From contig OX597816.1 in assembly GCA_951406725.2 (NCBI GenBank), positions 76,942,001 to 77,006,000 of the forward strand: DNA of 64,000 nt. Direction: 5' to 3'. The position numbers and the translations under genes were made by a program. A model generated the notes under the pieces. That model worked only from the letters and a program-made list of their open reading frames with translations, was not told the origin of the DNA and searched no databases. Below, piece by piece: positions 28,992 to 42,686 of the stretch; the first letter of the stretch is position 1; each line of letters opens with the position of its first letter. This DNA comes from Octopus vulgaris (Eukaryota).

Positions 28992-28997
28992 TGTATG

Positions 28998-29092
<95 letters not shown>

Positions 29093-29173
29093 ATATATAT
29101 ATATGTGAGTGTGTCTGTGTGTGTATATATATATATATACAATCAAACTAAGCAACAAGGATATCCAGAGGTA

Positions 29174-29267
29174 ATGCAGTACGATCGTTTCATGCAACTC
29201 CATTTAATTGAACAATGCAATGCAATCATTGCATCAATTTAAAATGCAAAACAATCCTCAGCAGCAC
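29174..29267 (-). ncRNA. Type I hammerhead ribozyme with branched, extended stem II
   Basis: gtgctg-CTGAGGA-ttgt..[CATTTTAAATTGA/TCAATTAAATG; TGCAATG/CATTGCA]..gcat-GAAAC-GATC-GTA-ctgcat; palindromic stem III ACGATCGT; element abuts (TA)n. Confidence 0.7.
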
Positions 29268-29655
29268 AAAGACATAGAATTTAATTAAATTAGAACAGAT
29301 GGACACATTAGTATAATTATACCTAAAATCTCCAAGAAGTTAAGGAGATAGACAAAGAACACATGCATATACATATATATATGTATATATATATACGTGT
29401 ATATACATATATGTATATATATGCCTATACATACATACATACATATGCTATAAGTGCGTTTAATGCATTTGTGTGTATATGTGTATGCATGTGCTTCTGT
29501 GCATATACTAAGAGATTCATTATATATGCACACATACTTACACGCTGATGCACTGTTACACACAATACAACTTTTGTGACTGCAGTGTATCTCTTTGAGA
29601 TCAACTGCCGTTCCCTTCTACAAAATGTCTCCTGTCTCGTCTGTCCCTCTCCTCT

Positions 29656-29687
<32 letters not shown>

Positions 29688-30469
29688 TTCTTTGTACATC
29701 TCGTTTTTATCAATTTTGTCCCTTCCCTTCACTCGCTCTTCAATATATGCCTATATCTCTTTTTACCTACTTATCTATGTATCTAACATGTTACCAAAGA
29801 AGAAATAGGGCAGTTGTTCTAATAGCTGATAAGAGCGGTCAAATGCACATTGATTTTTAAATAGGACACATTGGACCACATATTTCCTAATATACCAAAA
29901 GACATCTTGTCACTCTTACAATAAACATTGTATATACAACAATATTTTGTAATCGTGGCTAGAATACTTTTTAGCCTTGGCCTGTCCCGGTATATGAATA
30001 CGGAAATGCAGAAGCAAGAAATAACCAATTTTTTCTCCAAAAGATTATATATATCACAATCACCAAAATCAATGCAAAAGCAATCAATCAAATCCCACAG
30101 AGTATCTTTTGATAGCGTGTGCAATGCATATTCCTAATATTTACTAACATGCACAGTGTGCATGTTAGGACATATCTTTTGTGCTTTAACTTGTTTCAGT
30201 CATTGGACAGCATCCAGGTTGAGACATCGCCTTTACGTGTTCAATCGATCGAATCCACCCTGTTCGCTCTGCTGAACTGCTAAATTACGAGGAAGTAAAC
30301 AAATCAACAACGGTCGTCAAGTGTTCAGTGATCAAACACATAATATGCCATAGTTCTAGTTCGAAGTAAATATATTTAATTGATATATTGAGAAATTATT
30401 TCCTACTTTCCATGCGATTGCTTTATGTAGATATGAAGATAATTCTGTTGGATGAGAAGATATATGTGT

Positions 30470-30717
<248 letters not shown>

Positions 30718-30798
30718 CACATTTATGCATATATATGAATGTATGCATGTATGACAGTGAGATAACAAAGAATAAATGATTGTCATATGAACTTCATT

Positions 30799-30877
30799 GG
30801 CTTACAGGTGTATCTGTTATAGGACGCAGTGAACTCATAGTGCAGTGTCTGACTAACAACACAGCTTCATCAGAACC
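30799..30877 (-). ncRNA. Degenerate type I hammerhead motif
   Basis: ggtt-CTGATGA-...-GATAC-acct-GTA-agcc; stem I GGTT/AGCC pairs, core A14U. Confidence 0.5.
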
Positions 30878-30892
30878 TCAAATATATATATA

Positions 30893-31925
30893 TCTTTATA
30901 TATATAAAACTGAGAATGTGTGTCTGTCTGTCTGTCTGTCTGTGTGTTTCCCTAAAACTCGAGAACTACACAACCAATTTCATTCAAATTTTACACATGC
31001 CTTACTTAGGGTCCGGGGAGTGTCATCGGCAAAAAAAATGTTCAACTTCTTGTCTAGAGCGAGCCCATAGCAATATCATATCTTCTCCACTATTTCAGTA
31101 TTACGTGTTAAAAGTGAAACAAAAACGTTTCTCTATTTTATATCAGATACTTTCACTTTAACAATAAAAATAATAATAACAATTGAATTATATGTAGTAA
31201 GTAATAATTAAAATCAAACTAAAGTATAATATAATCGTAACATAACAAAAGTAAAAATAGCAATTGGTATAAAATTGCATCAATGACTTGAACTTGAATA
31301 AGTGGTTTCACATGAATGGGAATAAATTAAAAATAAAATTAGCGTGCAGAAATGGAATAGTCCAGATGGATAATAAAAAATTAAATTAAAGAAAAGACTA
31401 TTGTCTATAAAGTATACAATGTAGAGAAAAAAGATTTGAACACATGGAGAAAAGCACCTTCGAAAAGTGTCTTGGTGCGACTATGAAAGGTATCTATCAG
31501 AGGCGGTAAATTCGCCACAAAAGAAGCAAGGTTCGAGTCAACGGAGCGTGCAAGGGAGTACTCGACTCGAACTTGCAAAGTGGAAATATTTTATTTTTAC
31601 CATTATATCTGGGACGTAAGACGTCCCGGAAAAAATATTTAAATCCCCAAAGAAGTAGAGGTTGGCTGGATTGTAGCCACACTTCTATACAAAAGGGAGG
31701 ACAAGATACAATTGATTGAAATTACAAGAGACGGGCCTACAATTCCAGTCTGTTATATATTTTGAGTATTGTTATCACTAGCGATATCAAGATATAACTT
31801 TGTATTTTGTATTTTATGTGTAGATGTATATATATATAGATGTACATGTAATATGTACACATATATATACACATATATACATGCACTAGCACTATGACCC
31901 GGCAACGACGAGTCTTTAATGCTAG
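30893..31925 (+). mobile_element. Non-autonomous Helitron
   Basis: 5' TCTTTATATATATAAAA followed by (GTCT)n; subterminal hairpin GACCCGGCAACGACGAGTC (31896-31914); 3' CTAG; inserted between A and T. Confidence 0.75.
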
Positions 31926-32092
31926 TATATATATAGATATATATATGAGGCTTTTACATACATATATACACTTACATACATATATACATACATTCATATA
32001 TTTATATATATATATGTATATATATATATGAATGTATGTATATATGTATGTAAATGTATGTATATATATGTATGTATGTACGTATGTGTGTG

Positions 32093-32124
<32 letters not shown>

Positions 32125-32494
32125 TGTATGTATGTATGTATGTATGTATGTATGTATGTATGTATGTATGTATGTATGTATTCTATGGGCTTCCACGTAG
32201 ATTCAGCGTAGCAAATTCATTCACAAATCTTTGCTCGGCTCCGTACTATAGTAGAAAACACTTAAACAAGTCGGCGTGCAGTGAAAGTAAGTGTGTGCGC
32301 ACGCTCAGACTGCACATACTCTGCAAAATAGAAGAAACACTAAAATAGTAGCACTAACGACAAACCAGACCTGAAAGCAATGCTACATGAATGCAGTATA
32401 GAAACACAGGTTTACAACTTCCCTAAGAGGGCAATACTACACGCATCTGAGGAGCAGTGAGGTACGGGAACCTGGTGGTGCAGAAAAATCACTT

Positions 32495-32772
32495 CGTCGG
32501 TTACGGCGTCGAGGTTTGCAGCTGATCCGTGAAATTAACGTGCAAGTTGCTGAGCACTCGACAGAAACGTGTACCCTAAACGCAGTTCTCAAGGATATTC
32601 AGTGTGACAACGCTGGTCCTTTGTCATACAGGTACTACTCATTTATTAGCCGGCTGAGTAGACGGGAGCAATGTAAGCTAAACTGTCTGGCTCAATGACA
32701 CAACGTTCCACCGGGAATCAAATTCTCGACCTTATGGTCATGAGCCGAAGATTCCAGCCATTAAGGTACGCT
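32495..32772 (-). mobile_element. SINE family C, diverged
   Basis: GTCGGTTACG..GTGAAATTAACGTGCAAGTTGCTGAGCACTC..GGGAATCAAATTC. Confidence 0.65.
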
Positions 32773-33318
32773 CCTGATTGTGTATCAGAAACTCCTAAAG
32801 AATCTTTGAAAGACACTTGTGTGGATATAGGTGTATGTGCGTGCGTGTGGACGTCTGTGTGCGTGTGTGCATGTGATTGGATTTACTATGCATGTACAAA
32901 ATGATTAAATACTAGTTTAATCTCAAAATCTTCAGTTCTCGGGAACGAAAACGATCAATAACATCGAATCTAATTAGAGGGATATGTATCCACTCAATCA
33001 GAAAGAGAGTGCGAATAGGCAAAAAGAAGTTTTCGGGATCAAATAGCAACATAATGCAAAAAACAGCAAATTTGAAATTGTTATTGAATACAGATTGAAT
33101 AAGAAACAAGGACAAGAGTTTATAAACGCAAAAGTTGCAGATGTTTTTGTTATTGTAACTTTACATGCAGCTGTTTTGGATATTATTTCGACTCTTTAGA
33201 CTGATGAGTTTCAGTGATCAAATACATACACACACTTATACCATACGAAAACAAAATAGTATTTCATAGACATATATACATGCATAAGTACATATATATA
33301 CACACACATATATATATC

Positions 33319-33353
<35 letters not shown>

Positions 33354-33432
33354 GTATGTATATATATATATAAATATGCATATATTTTTGCATGTATATA
33401 TATATATATATATACAATATGTATATGTATCT

Positions 33433-33472
<40 letters not shown>

Positions 33473-33683
33473 TGTATATATATATATATATATATGGGAG
33501 TGTATGTGAATATATATATATATATATGTGTATATATCTACATATATATGTATGTATGTATGTATGCATATCTATGTATACATCTACATATATTTACAAT
33601 AATACAGTATACGCATGCTCATATACGTAAATATATATCGTGTATATAATATATGTGTGTGTATGTATGTGTATTGATATTAT

Positions 33684-33743
<60 letters not shown>

Positions 33744-33760
33744 GGCAATAATATCAATAC

Positions 33761-33799
<39 letters not shown>

Positions 33800-34124
33800 T
33801 ACGTAGATATATAAATAGATACATAAATATGCATCTACATACATGCAAGCATGCATACATATATACACACACAAACATTTATGTGTGTGTGTATAAATAA
33901 ATGTATATATACGTTCGATGTACATAAAGAAGTTCGATAGTATGTCTGTGTATATAGGTGTGTGCTCGAAGAAAATATATATGAAGAAACAATAAAAAGT
34001 CTAGTGAAAAAATGTTCAAATACAAATAGTGGGTGAAGTATATTTAGATAAGGATTATCGATAAGGATATAATTGAGAAAATGAAAAGGAACATTGAGAC
34101 GGAGAGAAAATTACACACGGTGTT

Positions 34125-34229
<105 letters not shown>

Positions 34230-34305
34230 CAGATAGATAGATAGATAGATAGACAGACAGACACGCTCATAAACACACACACATATACATACACACATAT
34301 AACAA

Positions 34306-34353
<48 letters not shown>

Positions 34354-34394
34354 CACAGACAGAGAGAGTGACATACATACAGGCTGACAGACAA

Positions 34395-34640
34395 GCAGAG
34401 GTCTTTAACTGAGCGACATCGATGGCAGGTGGGCGTCTAATACGAACACGATCTTCAAGGCTCAGGTCTTCGCTGCGAAATTGTTTAAACCACTTTCGAG
34501 CTGACCACTCACTGGACATTTCCTCACCAAACGTTTCGCTGATATCACGAACAGCTTCAGCTGTTTTACGTCCTTTTTTTGAAGTTAAATAGCAAAATTG
34601 CTCGAATATCGCGTTTTGGCAGTTCCATTTCAGATGATTG
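34395..34640 (-). pseudogene. Mariner transposase N-terminal HTH fragment
   Basis: KKGRKTAEAVRDISETFGEEMSSEWSARKWFKQFRSEDLSLEDRVRIRRP (the WFxxFRSGxxxLED.RxGRP motif). Confidence 0.8.
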
Positions 34641-35137
34641 TAAAAACAATCAAAAAGTATCAATGTTAATTTATTGATGCATTTAGGCAAGTCTATGTAT
34701 GTGTTATGAGACAATTGCAAAAAAATGTTTTAAACAAAATTCAAAAATTCTGCAAAAATCCGGTACAAATTCTTCAAAACGTTGCTTACTTTTTACTCAA
34801 CCTGATAGAAGCCGTAGGTGTATTTGGGGTGTTTTGTTTCTCTCTTTCACAAGCAGACGTGGAAGCAGTGGCTGTAGTAGTAGCAGTAGCAGCAGCAAGA
34901 GGAAGATCAGCGGAAGTAGTAGTGACATCAGATTTAGTAGTAACAATATTTTTTCTCCTGAAGTGGTTGAAAAGTGGGCGGCAAATTATATGAATTTTGC
35001 TAGGGTTTTGTTTGTTTTTCTTGATGCGTTGCTGTTAAGATTTGACATCGGTAAATCTATATAAGGGGAAGACCGTTAAATTTAGTTGTTTTTCAGCAGC
35101 ATAAGTATCGATGGCCTATTTCTCTCTGCTTCGGTGC

Positions 35138-35620
35138 TGATGGTGTCAAGCCTATCTGGCGACGTCGATGTTCGCCTGGGGCTAAATGAAACAGTAACAC
35201 CCCCACCACCCTGCCCTGTCCCTAGCCATATTCAGATGGCTTTAGTCCCTTATGTTATCGAGGAGTTACTGTCTATATCTCTTTTAGAGAATTATTATTG
35301 CTGTCGAACAGATTTTCGAAATCAGCAAATGTATTTTGCTTGAAAATCTATATATGAATATCCTGCAGAGTGAGATTTCGTCGAGGAAGCGGAGGCCTAC
35401 CACACGTTGACGATAGGCAATACACCTTAAAACCATGGTCCGTGTGTGGTTTCCGCTTCATCGGGGAATTATCTCCCTTTGCAGGTTAAAGGACACCGTG
35501 ATGGTGTCAAGCCTATCTGGCGACGTCGATGTTCGCCTGGGGCTAAATGCAACAGTAACACCCCCATCACCCTGCCCTGTCCCTAGCCATATTCAGATGG
35601 CTTTAGTCCCTTATGTTATA
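35138..35620 (+). mobile_element. Retrozyme-like element: 361-bp unit with ~121-bp direct repeats and an internal HHR
   Basis: Direct repeat 35138-35258 and 35499-35619 (2 mismatches seen); 3' end runs into (TA)n. Confidence 0.75.
35386..35459 (+). ncRNA. Type I hammerhead with core substitutions C3U and G12A
   Basis: GAAGCGGA..CACACG-TTGACGA-tAGG..CCTt-AAAAC-CATG-GTC-CGTGTG..TCCGCTTC; palindromic stem III ACCATGGT. Confidence 0.7.
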
Positions 35621-35753
35621 TATATATATATATATTAGCAGAGATACCCGGCGTTACTCGGGATTAAAATATTTTTTATTCTTTTCCTTACTTTGGTCAT
35701 ATGACTGCAGCCATTCTGGTGCATCACATTTAGTCGAAGAAACTGACAACAGG

Positions 35754-35804
<51 letters not shown>

Positions 35805-35834
35805 CAAAATAAGCAACAAGTATATCCGAGATAG

Positions 35835-35922
35835 AGTAGTACAATTTTTTCATGCTACTTCATTTTAGTAAACACTTTAAGTATTGCATCAGTTTTAAAA
35901 TGTCGTACAATCTTCAGCCACT
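35835..35922 (-). ncRNA. Type I hammerhead, paralog of 29174-29267
   Basis: agtgg-CTGAAGA-ttgt...gcat-GAAAA-aatt-GTA-ctact; stem I AGTGG/CTACT; abuts (TA)n. Confidence 0.65.
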
Positions 35923-36124
35923 TATAGAATTTTCCAATCAAACGGACAATGCACATTCTTATCTCTATTTCATTCACCAACATTATAAAGAGGGTAGATA
36001 TATAGACAGAGAGGTTGATTTCATTCTTAAGAACAAGATAACAAGATAACAGTATATTTACTCTCTGACTGTAGATTTTATCATTGGGTTCACTTTGTTA
36101 TTTAGATCTGTCAGTGGGGAGGGG

Positions 36125-36366
36125 CATTTTATTTTTGGTTAGATGGAGACAAAGAATTTTTCTATTTATAGATAAATAGAAAAAAATTATTTGTCTCCAT
36201 CCAACCCAAAATAAAATTGTTGGTATATTTAGCTTATTAACATCAATAGGGAAGACATTTCTGGAAAAAATTTAATAATTCAAAATGTTAGACTAAAAAT
36301 TATATTTACTAATTATATTTTTTCTAAAAATATCTTCCCTATTGATATTAATAAGCTAAATATACC
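36125..36366. repeat. Two adjacent hairpins
   Basis: ATTTTATTTTTGGTTAGATGGAGACAAA/TTTGTCTCCATCCAACCCAAAATAAAAT and GGTATATTTAGCTTATTAACATCAATAGGGAAGA/TCTTCCCTATTGATATTAATAAGCTAAATATACC. Confidence 0.8.
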
Positions 36367-36409
36367 GTATCTCTGTATCGTACGATATAAAATAGACCTG
36401 TTGACATAT

Positions 36410-36510
36410 GAAAGGCAAAGTCGACCTTGGCGGAATTTGAACTCAGAACGTAGCGACAGAGGAAATACCGCTAAATATTTCGCATGGCATGCTAACAATT
36501 TTGTCAGCTC
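36410..36510 (-). mobile_element. SINE family B fragment
   Basis: GAAAGGCAAAGTCGACCTTGGCGGAATTTGAACTCAGAACGTAGCG. Confidence 0.7.
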
Positions 36511-36515
36511 GATAA

Positions 36516-36524
36516 ATGATGATG

Positions 36525-36612
<88 letters not shown>

Positions 36613-36702
36613 CAGTAGTAGTAGTAGTAACAGCAGCAGCAGCAGCACCGGCTTCGGCTTCAGCGTCAGCGGTAGTTGTGGTGGTGGTGGTGGTGGTGGT
36701 GG
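36516..36702. repeat. Compound trinucleotide repeat (GAT)n(AGT)n(AGC)n(GGT)n
   Basis: Direct reading. Confidence 0.95.
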
Positions 36703-37249
36703 CATTAGTAATATTGGTAGTATTAGTATTAGCGACAGAACTTTTAGTTGTCGTGGTGATAGTAGTAAAGTAGAAGTAGTATTGGTTAGCAGTGATAGTA
36801 GTTATATATGAAGCAGACCTGTTGACATTGGAGAATTTTTACAGAAATGACCCTGTACGTATAAATACACAAATTGAAAGCTAGAGAAGAATATAAAAAA
36901 ATTAAATACCTTTACAAAATTTTTTATCAGAAATCGTCACAACTGTAATGATGTATACATTCGTGTGTGTCTGTAAATAACTGGTTACTAAGTTATTACG
37001 TCAGAACGCCAGACACAGGAAGTTGACATTGACAAAATGGTTTGAGGAAGTGAAACTTTATCATATATATAAAGTAATATTATTTATTTTTAATAGAATA
37101 TTAAATCATTATTATTTCCAAGATTAAATTATTCATATACTCCAAGTATGGTACGGATTGATCTAGAGGTTTGACCATACATAGAGGACACACACACAGA
37201 CTGCGTATGTTGTGTGTTTATATATATGGTATTATGAGACAGGCTGCAT

Positions 37250-37511
37250 TGTAGTGAAGGATCGGAAGAGAGGGAGTAGGCATGTCCTGTCGGAAGTGGT
37301 GCCTGTGGATCCCACCGGAAGTGGACATGTGGCGGTGGACATGTGGCATCAGCGAAGCACGAGGGTCAGTCGGGGCGGCGAACAACACACCAGAGCGGAC
37401 CTGTGAGGCGGTACAGCAACGGACAGGCCACGTGGATGTGACTCTTTTTCCGGACCGACAGGTAACACTACCATAATTCTCTCTTCGTTCCGTCTTATTC
37501 ATCCTTTACAT

Positions 37512-37515
<4 letters not shown>
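37250..37515. mobile_element. Probable solo LTR
   Basis: GC-rich island bounded by TGTAGTGAAGGAT and ATCCTTTACA(TCACA), i.e. TG..CA with a short inverted repeat. Confidence 0.45.
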
Positions 37516-37584
<69 letters not shown>

Positions 37585-37734
37585 CTTTAATAAACAATAT
37601 TATCGATATTGACTTTGAAGTTTCGGCCAGCTAAGCCATCATAGGACGGCGGTGATGCGCTAATCTTGCTTTTATATAATTTCTAGGACTGACACACCTA
37701 AACATGCTTACAAAGTTCCAAACGTATTCTTTTT

Positions 37735-37961
37735 TCTTTTATTCTTTTATTTGTTTCAGTCATTTGCTGCGGCCATGCTAGAGCACCGCCTTAAAAGGTT
37801 TTAGTTGAACAAATCGATCCCATGATCTATTCTTTGTAAGTCTAGTGCGTATTGTATCAGTCTCTTTTACCGAAACTCTAGATTAAGGGACATAAACACA
37901 GCAACTTCCGTTATCAAGCGATAGCTGGGGTACAAACACAGATACACACACATCCGTCGTG

Positions 37962-38029
<68 letters not shown>

Positions 38030-38170
38030 CATGATGGATTTCTTTCAATTCTCGTCTACCAAATCTACCCACAATGCTTTGGTCGGCCCGAAGCTATAGT
38101 AGAAGACACTTGTTCACGGTGCCAAGCAATAGGACTGAACCTGGAACCTTGTAGTTGGAAAGCAAGCCTC
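37735..38170 (-). mobile_element. SINE family A
   Basis: TTGTTTCAGTCATTTGCTGCGGCCATGC...CGTCTACCAAATC...GACTGAACCTGGAACC. Confidence 0.8.
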
Positions 38171-38386
38171 ACCATCACGACTTGCCCTACACCCTAAATA
38201 CCATCCGACCGAACCCCAGATACTTGAGGACAATACCTCAACAGATACTATATAAAGCCAAAAGGTGGTGTCCCAATATGGCTGTAGTCCAATGACTGAA
38301 ACATGTAAGAGAAAGATAAAAGAAAGATGTATGTTTTTGTATATGAATATATATATTCATATACATGGAAAATGGACGTTAAACAA

Positions 38387-38437
<51 letters not shown>

Positions 38438-38444
38438 CATAGAC

Positions 38445-38531
38445 GCAAGTTCAGTCCCACTGCATCGCACCTTGAGCAGGTATCTTCTATATAGCCTCGA
38501 GCCGGCTAACAGAAACTGAAAGAATCCCGTC

Positions 38532-38590
<59 letters not shown>

Positions 38591-38812
38591 CACGTGTGGG
38601 TCTTGTCTGTGTTTGTCCCTCATTACCGCTTGACAATCAATATTGGTGTCTTTATGTACCCGTAACGTAGCGGCTTGGTAAAAAGAGTCCGATAGAATAG
38701 GTACTAGGCTTAAGAAATAAGCCGTGGGATCGATTTGTTTGACTAAACCCCTTAAATGCAGTAATCCAGTATGGCCGCGGTCAAATCACTGAAACAAGTA
38801 AAAGAATAAAAG
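38445..38812 (+). mobile_element. SINE family A, 5'-truncated
   Basis: GTTCAGTCCCACTGC...CTGAAACAAGTAAAAGAATAAAAGAAT. Confidence 0.8.
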
Positions 38813-39569
38813 AATACGTACATGAATTATATATATTAATGAATAACTTGAGCAAGCTGTACGCAACACTGCATCACTGTATGGATAGATAAATGTTCTT
38901 TTAACGTAAATCAGTATCTCGATGCTATAGGTTTCTTGTGAATACGTTCATTGTTATTCAATCGGAGATTAAATAATGGAAGACAACCCTGAAATTGCTG
39001 CATGTTATTTCGTGAGTTTGCAGATGGTAGAAATGAACAAGCATGAACCAGTGATAAGGAAGGGCCCTACCGTATTGTTTGTTTCCCTTGTGGTGAGTCT
39101 TAAGCTCCTGAGGTTTTTCAACGAATGGTTTTATGCCATTTTCTGCAGCAAATATTTGAAATTATATGATACCGGAGCGTCTATATCTAAACGTATTGGC
39201 GGTATATTGTGCGTAGATGCTATAATAATCTTGGAGATAACCTCTCAAAATGAATAAATTTGATTCTAAAATTAACCCCAAGGGAAATAACAAGCACGAT
39301 AGCTCTGATTGCTTACCCGTGAGTGTTAACATCTCACACCATAAACTCTCGTAATATCATGTCACATTCTTGGTATTTAAATGGCATAGATATCATTTAT
39401 TATTCTAAATCCGATGCAATAAGCTGCGATTGAATACCGACACGAAACCTACGGTATCTGTTATTCATTTCTATGAAATGGATGCATCATGCATATATAT
39501 ATACATATCTAGAGAGAGAGAGAGAGTGAGAGCGAAAACAAAGTTATTTTATATTACACGGGTAGAAAT

Positions 39570-39826
39570 ACAGGATAAATAGAAAATATGCACTGGGAAT
39601 AGTTAAAATATATTTTATTATTATATATAAAGATTTAACCGGTTTCACAGTTTACACTGATTTTCAAAAATTTGATATAGAAAGATGTGCGTTATGTCGC
39701 AGATAAGCCGTGTCTTTCTATTTCACATTTTTGAAAATCGGTGTAACTGGGAAATCAGTTAAATCTTTAAATATAGCAATAAAAAATATCTTAACTTTTC
39801 TCAGTGCATTTTCAACTTCTATTTTT

Positions 39827-39830
<4 letters not shown>
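39570..39830. mobile_element. Fold-back element carrying a U3-A8 HHR variant in each arm
   Basis: Arms ~39570-39690 and 39710-39830; left arm, minus strand: attt-TTGAAAA-tcagtgtaaactgt-GAAAC-CG-GTT-aaat; ends in (TA)n. Confidence 0.65.
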
Positions 39831-39919
<89 letters not shown>

Positions 39920-39923
<4 letters not shown>

Positions 39924-40212
39924 TCCTGGTCATGTTGATTCATTGTTCTTCTCTTTGCCTTCGTAAAAAATTATGTTTACCGTCATGGAGATTCTTACAG
40001 AAGTAGAAAAGGAATTTGTAACTCCTATTTCTAACTTCGGTATGTGGTGAAGCAGTTAACTGAACCCTTATTATAATTATGTGGATAATTTTACCTATAA
40101 AGGTTATTTTAACGTACCGATCTACTTGGTAAAATCGTTAATTAATTGATTAATTAGTTAATTAGTTAATTTAATTAATAAATTTTACTCTTCTATTATT
40201 AATTTTTAATTT

Positions 40213-40215
<3 letters not shown>
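39920..40215 (+). mobile_element. 560-family-related 3' module between (TA)n tracts
   Basis: AACTCCTATTTCTAACTTCGGTATGTGG...ACGTACCGATCTACTTGGTAAAAT...AATTTTACT. Confidence 0.6.
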
Positions 40216-40258
<43 letters not shown>

Positions 40259-40265
<7 letters not shown>

Positions 40266-40562
40266 ACATATAAGGGATGGCCATAATAGGACATCCGACT
40301 CACTAGAAAGAGAAATGGAAAGAGAAATAAAAACGTTTACCCTAGGATAGGGTAAACGTTTTTATTTCACCTTCCATTTCAGAATTACAACTATTAGTGG
40401 TTTGGAGTTTAACTGCTCTTTCTAGTGAGTCGGATGTCCTATTATGGCCATCCCTTATATGTTTGAATGTATATTACATAGTCTATTGACTATTTTTTCT
40501 TTCTCACTTGACCACTGGTAGTGGATAATTTTTCTAGAATTTTTTGCTACCCTAAAATTTTA

Positions 40563-40567
<5 letters not shown>
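40259..40567 (+). mobile_element. Fold-back insertion related to the 491-bp unit (same subfamily as 24746)
   Basis: Centre AAAAACGTTTACCCTA-GGA-TAGGGTAAACGTTTTT; arms extend to 40259 and ~40470; tail CTCACTTGACCACTGGTAGT..TTTGCTACCC; (TA)n on both sides. Confidence 0.8.
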
Positions 40568-40598
<31 letters not shown>

Positions 40599-41260
40599 CA
40601 ATAACTATAACTTGTTAGTCCACAACATTTTCTTTTATTTTACAATTTTATACACCATATTATCGTGGTTATTACGACTTACACGTGTTTTGCTGCACAG
40701 AGATGGGCAGTTGCACATGCAAACGGGCATAATTTTCTGTGCAGCTGCGTTCAGTGTCTATCTATTAGCTACTTTCGAAGCGAACTGAAGACAGTTAGTT
40801 ATTTTTTTTCTTTTTATTTTGTAGGGGCAGTTATGGTTCAAGGGAAGGTGGAACGAAGCTGTTTGACTCTGGAATGTATTCTGCTTTTAAGTTTCTGTGG
40901 TTGGCCTCGGTTTCACACCATTTGCTGGCCAAAGTCAGGATTCTATCTAATTAGGTCGAGGTTGATGTTACTTTGTGTATTGTAGTAATTAGGTACTTAA
41001 TAACCTTATTTTTAAGTGTAGCCTTGTAATGTTATGTTTTAGTAATTCATATATTTATTTCCTTGGCTAATCAAAATAGCGTGAACAGAGGGCGATACAA
41101 GCTCAACATCTTATTAAAACCTTTTCCTTGAAACAACAATTGTTTTCCGAAAACTTTCAAGATTCAACATTTTGTTGAAACTTTTTTCTGTAAAACCGGA
41201 ATTTTTCCCAATTTCATACACACACACACACATACACACACTCACACACACTCACACACG

Positions 41261-41329
<69 letters not shown>

Positions 41330-41374
41330 ATATATATATAAGTGTGTATATATGTATATATATAAATATATATA

Positions 41375-41409
<35 letters not shown>

Positions 41410-41459
41410 TCATATATAGATAGATAGATAGATTATTTAAATTGTTTCACGGTCATATA

Positions 41460-41631
41460 TTATATATATGGTTCTGCAAGAAGTTACAAAAATGCTAAAA
41501 TCGACTGTAATTTTTAATTCTCCTGTGCAGATATGTGTGCATAAGACTATTAAATTAGTGCACAGGGGTTCCCCGAGCCAGTGGAGTGTTTCCTTGGGGT
41601 TCCGCTCCAGCAAAAAGTTTGAAAAGCACTG
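41460..41631. mobile_element. hAT/Charlie-like MITE end
   Basis: AAGTTTGAAAAGCACTG (reverse complement CAGTGCTTTTCAAACTT) followed by CTCTAGAC, a Charlie-type NTCTAGAN target. Confidence 0.5.
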
Positions 41632-41814
41632 CTCTAGACAGTACCATCAAATGAATATTCTTTCCTTAAATCCAATCGACGACTAACACGCCCAGGATAT
41701 TATTAAATGTTCTGTCTTATGTTATCAATGAGTTATTGTTAGGTAAGTGATTCAAACTCCGCCTCAAAATATTCGCTATAAATTACTTTGAAACACGTGC
41801 ATGTAGTCATGTGC

Positions 41815-41877
<63 letters not shown>

Positions 41878-41985
41878 TGTGTCTATTATCCAGTCAAAAA
41901 ACACACATATACATACATGCCTACACGCAAATATAAATAATATTTATCTATATATTTATATATATTGGTATATATGTATGTTATG

Positions 41986-42024
<39 letters not shown>

Positions 42025-42157
42025 GTAGGTAGGTAGGTAGGTAGGTAGGTAGGTAGGTAGGTAGGTAGGTAGGTAGGTAGGTAGATACATACACACATAC
42101 ATACTTACATACGTTGATAGATATAGATATGTATACCTATATATACCTACAAACATG

Positions 42158-42196
<39 letters not shown>

Positions 42197-42197
42197 A

Positions 42198-42239
<42 letters not shown>

Positions 42240-42406
42240 AACACATACACATACATATATATTTATATAGGTATCAATCGATAAATAGATAGATAAACAT
42301 TTATATTTATATTTGCATATTGGCATCTACATCTTGTCTTAGATATATACACAGAGAGAGAAAGAGAGAGATATATACTTAGATAGATAGATAGATAGAT
42401 AGATAG

Positions 42407-42443
<37 letters not shown>

Positions 42444-42616
42444 TGGATAGATAGATAGATAGAAAGATAGATAGATATATAGATGACAGATATATAGATG
42501 CATACATACATATATATTTATATATCTATCTATATATATATATATATATACATACATACATATGCGCGTGTATGCGTGCGCGTGTGTGAGTATACAAATA
42601 TTTAGATATACATATG

Positions 42617-42652
<36 letters not shown>

Positions 42653-42653
42653 C

Positions 42654-42686
<33 letters not shown>

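Noticed and set aside
29819-30137. Non-repetitive overlapping ORFs as a host exon
   Set aside because: No recognisable domain; frames from the plausible splice acceptor hit stops
36313-36811. Poly-L/S/D/V ORFs
   Set aside because: Compound trinucleotide repeat plus a SINE fragment
37608-37655. HHR-like motif (CTATGA..GAAAC..GTC) on the minus strand
   Set aside because: Core deletion and no stem I pairing; similar weak matches near 1590, 16130 and 22035 were also dropped
38976-39257. 93-aa ORF in unique sequence
   Set aside because: No recognisable motif; length compatible with chance
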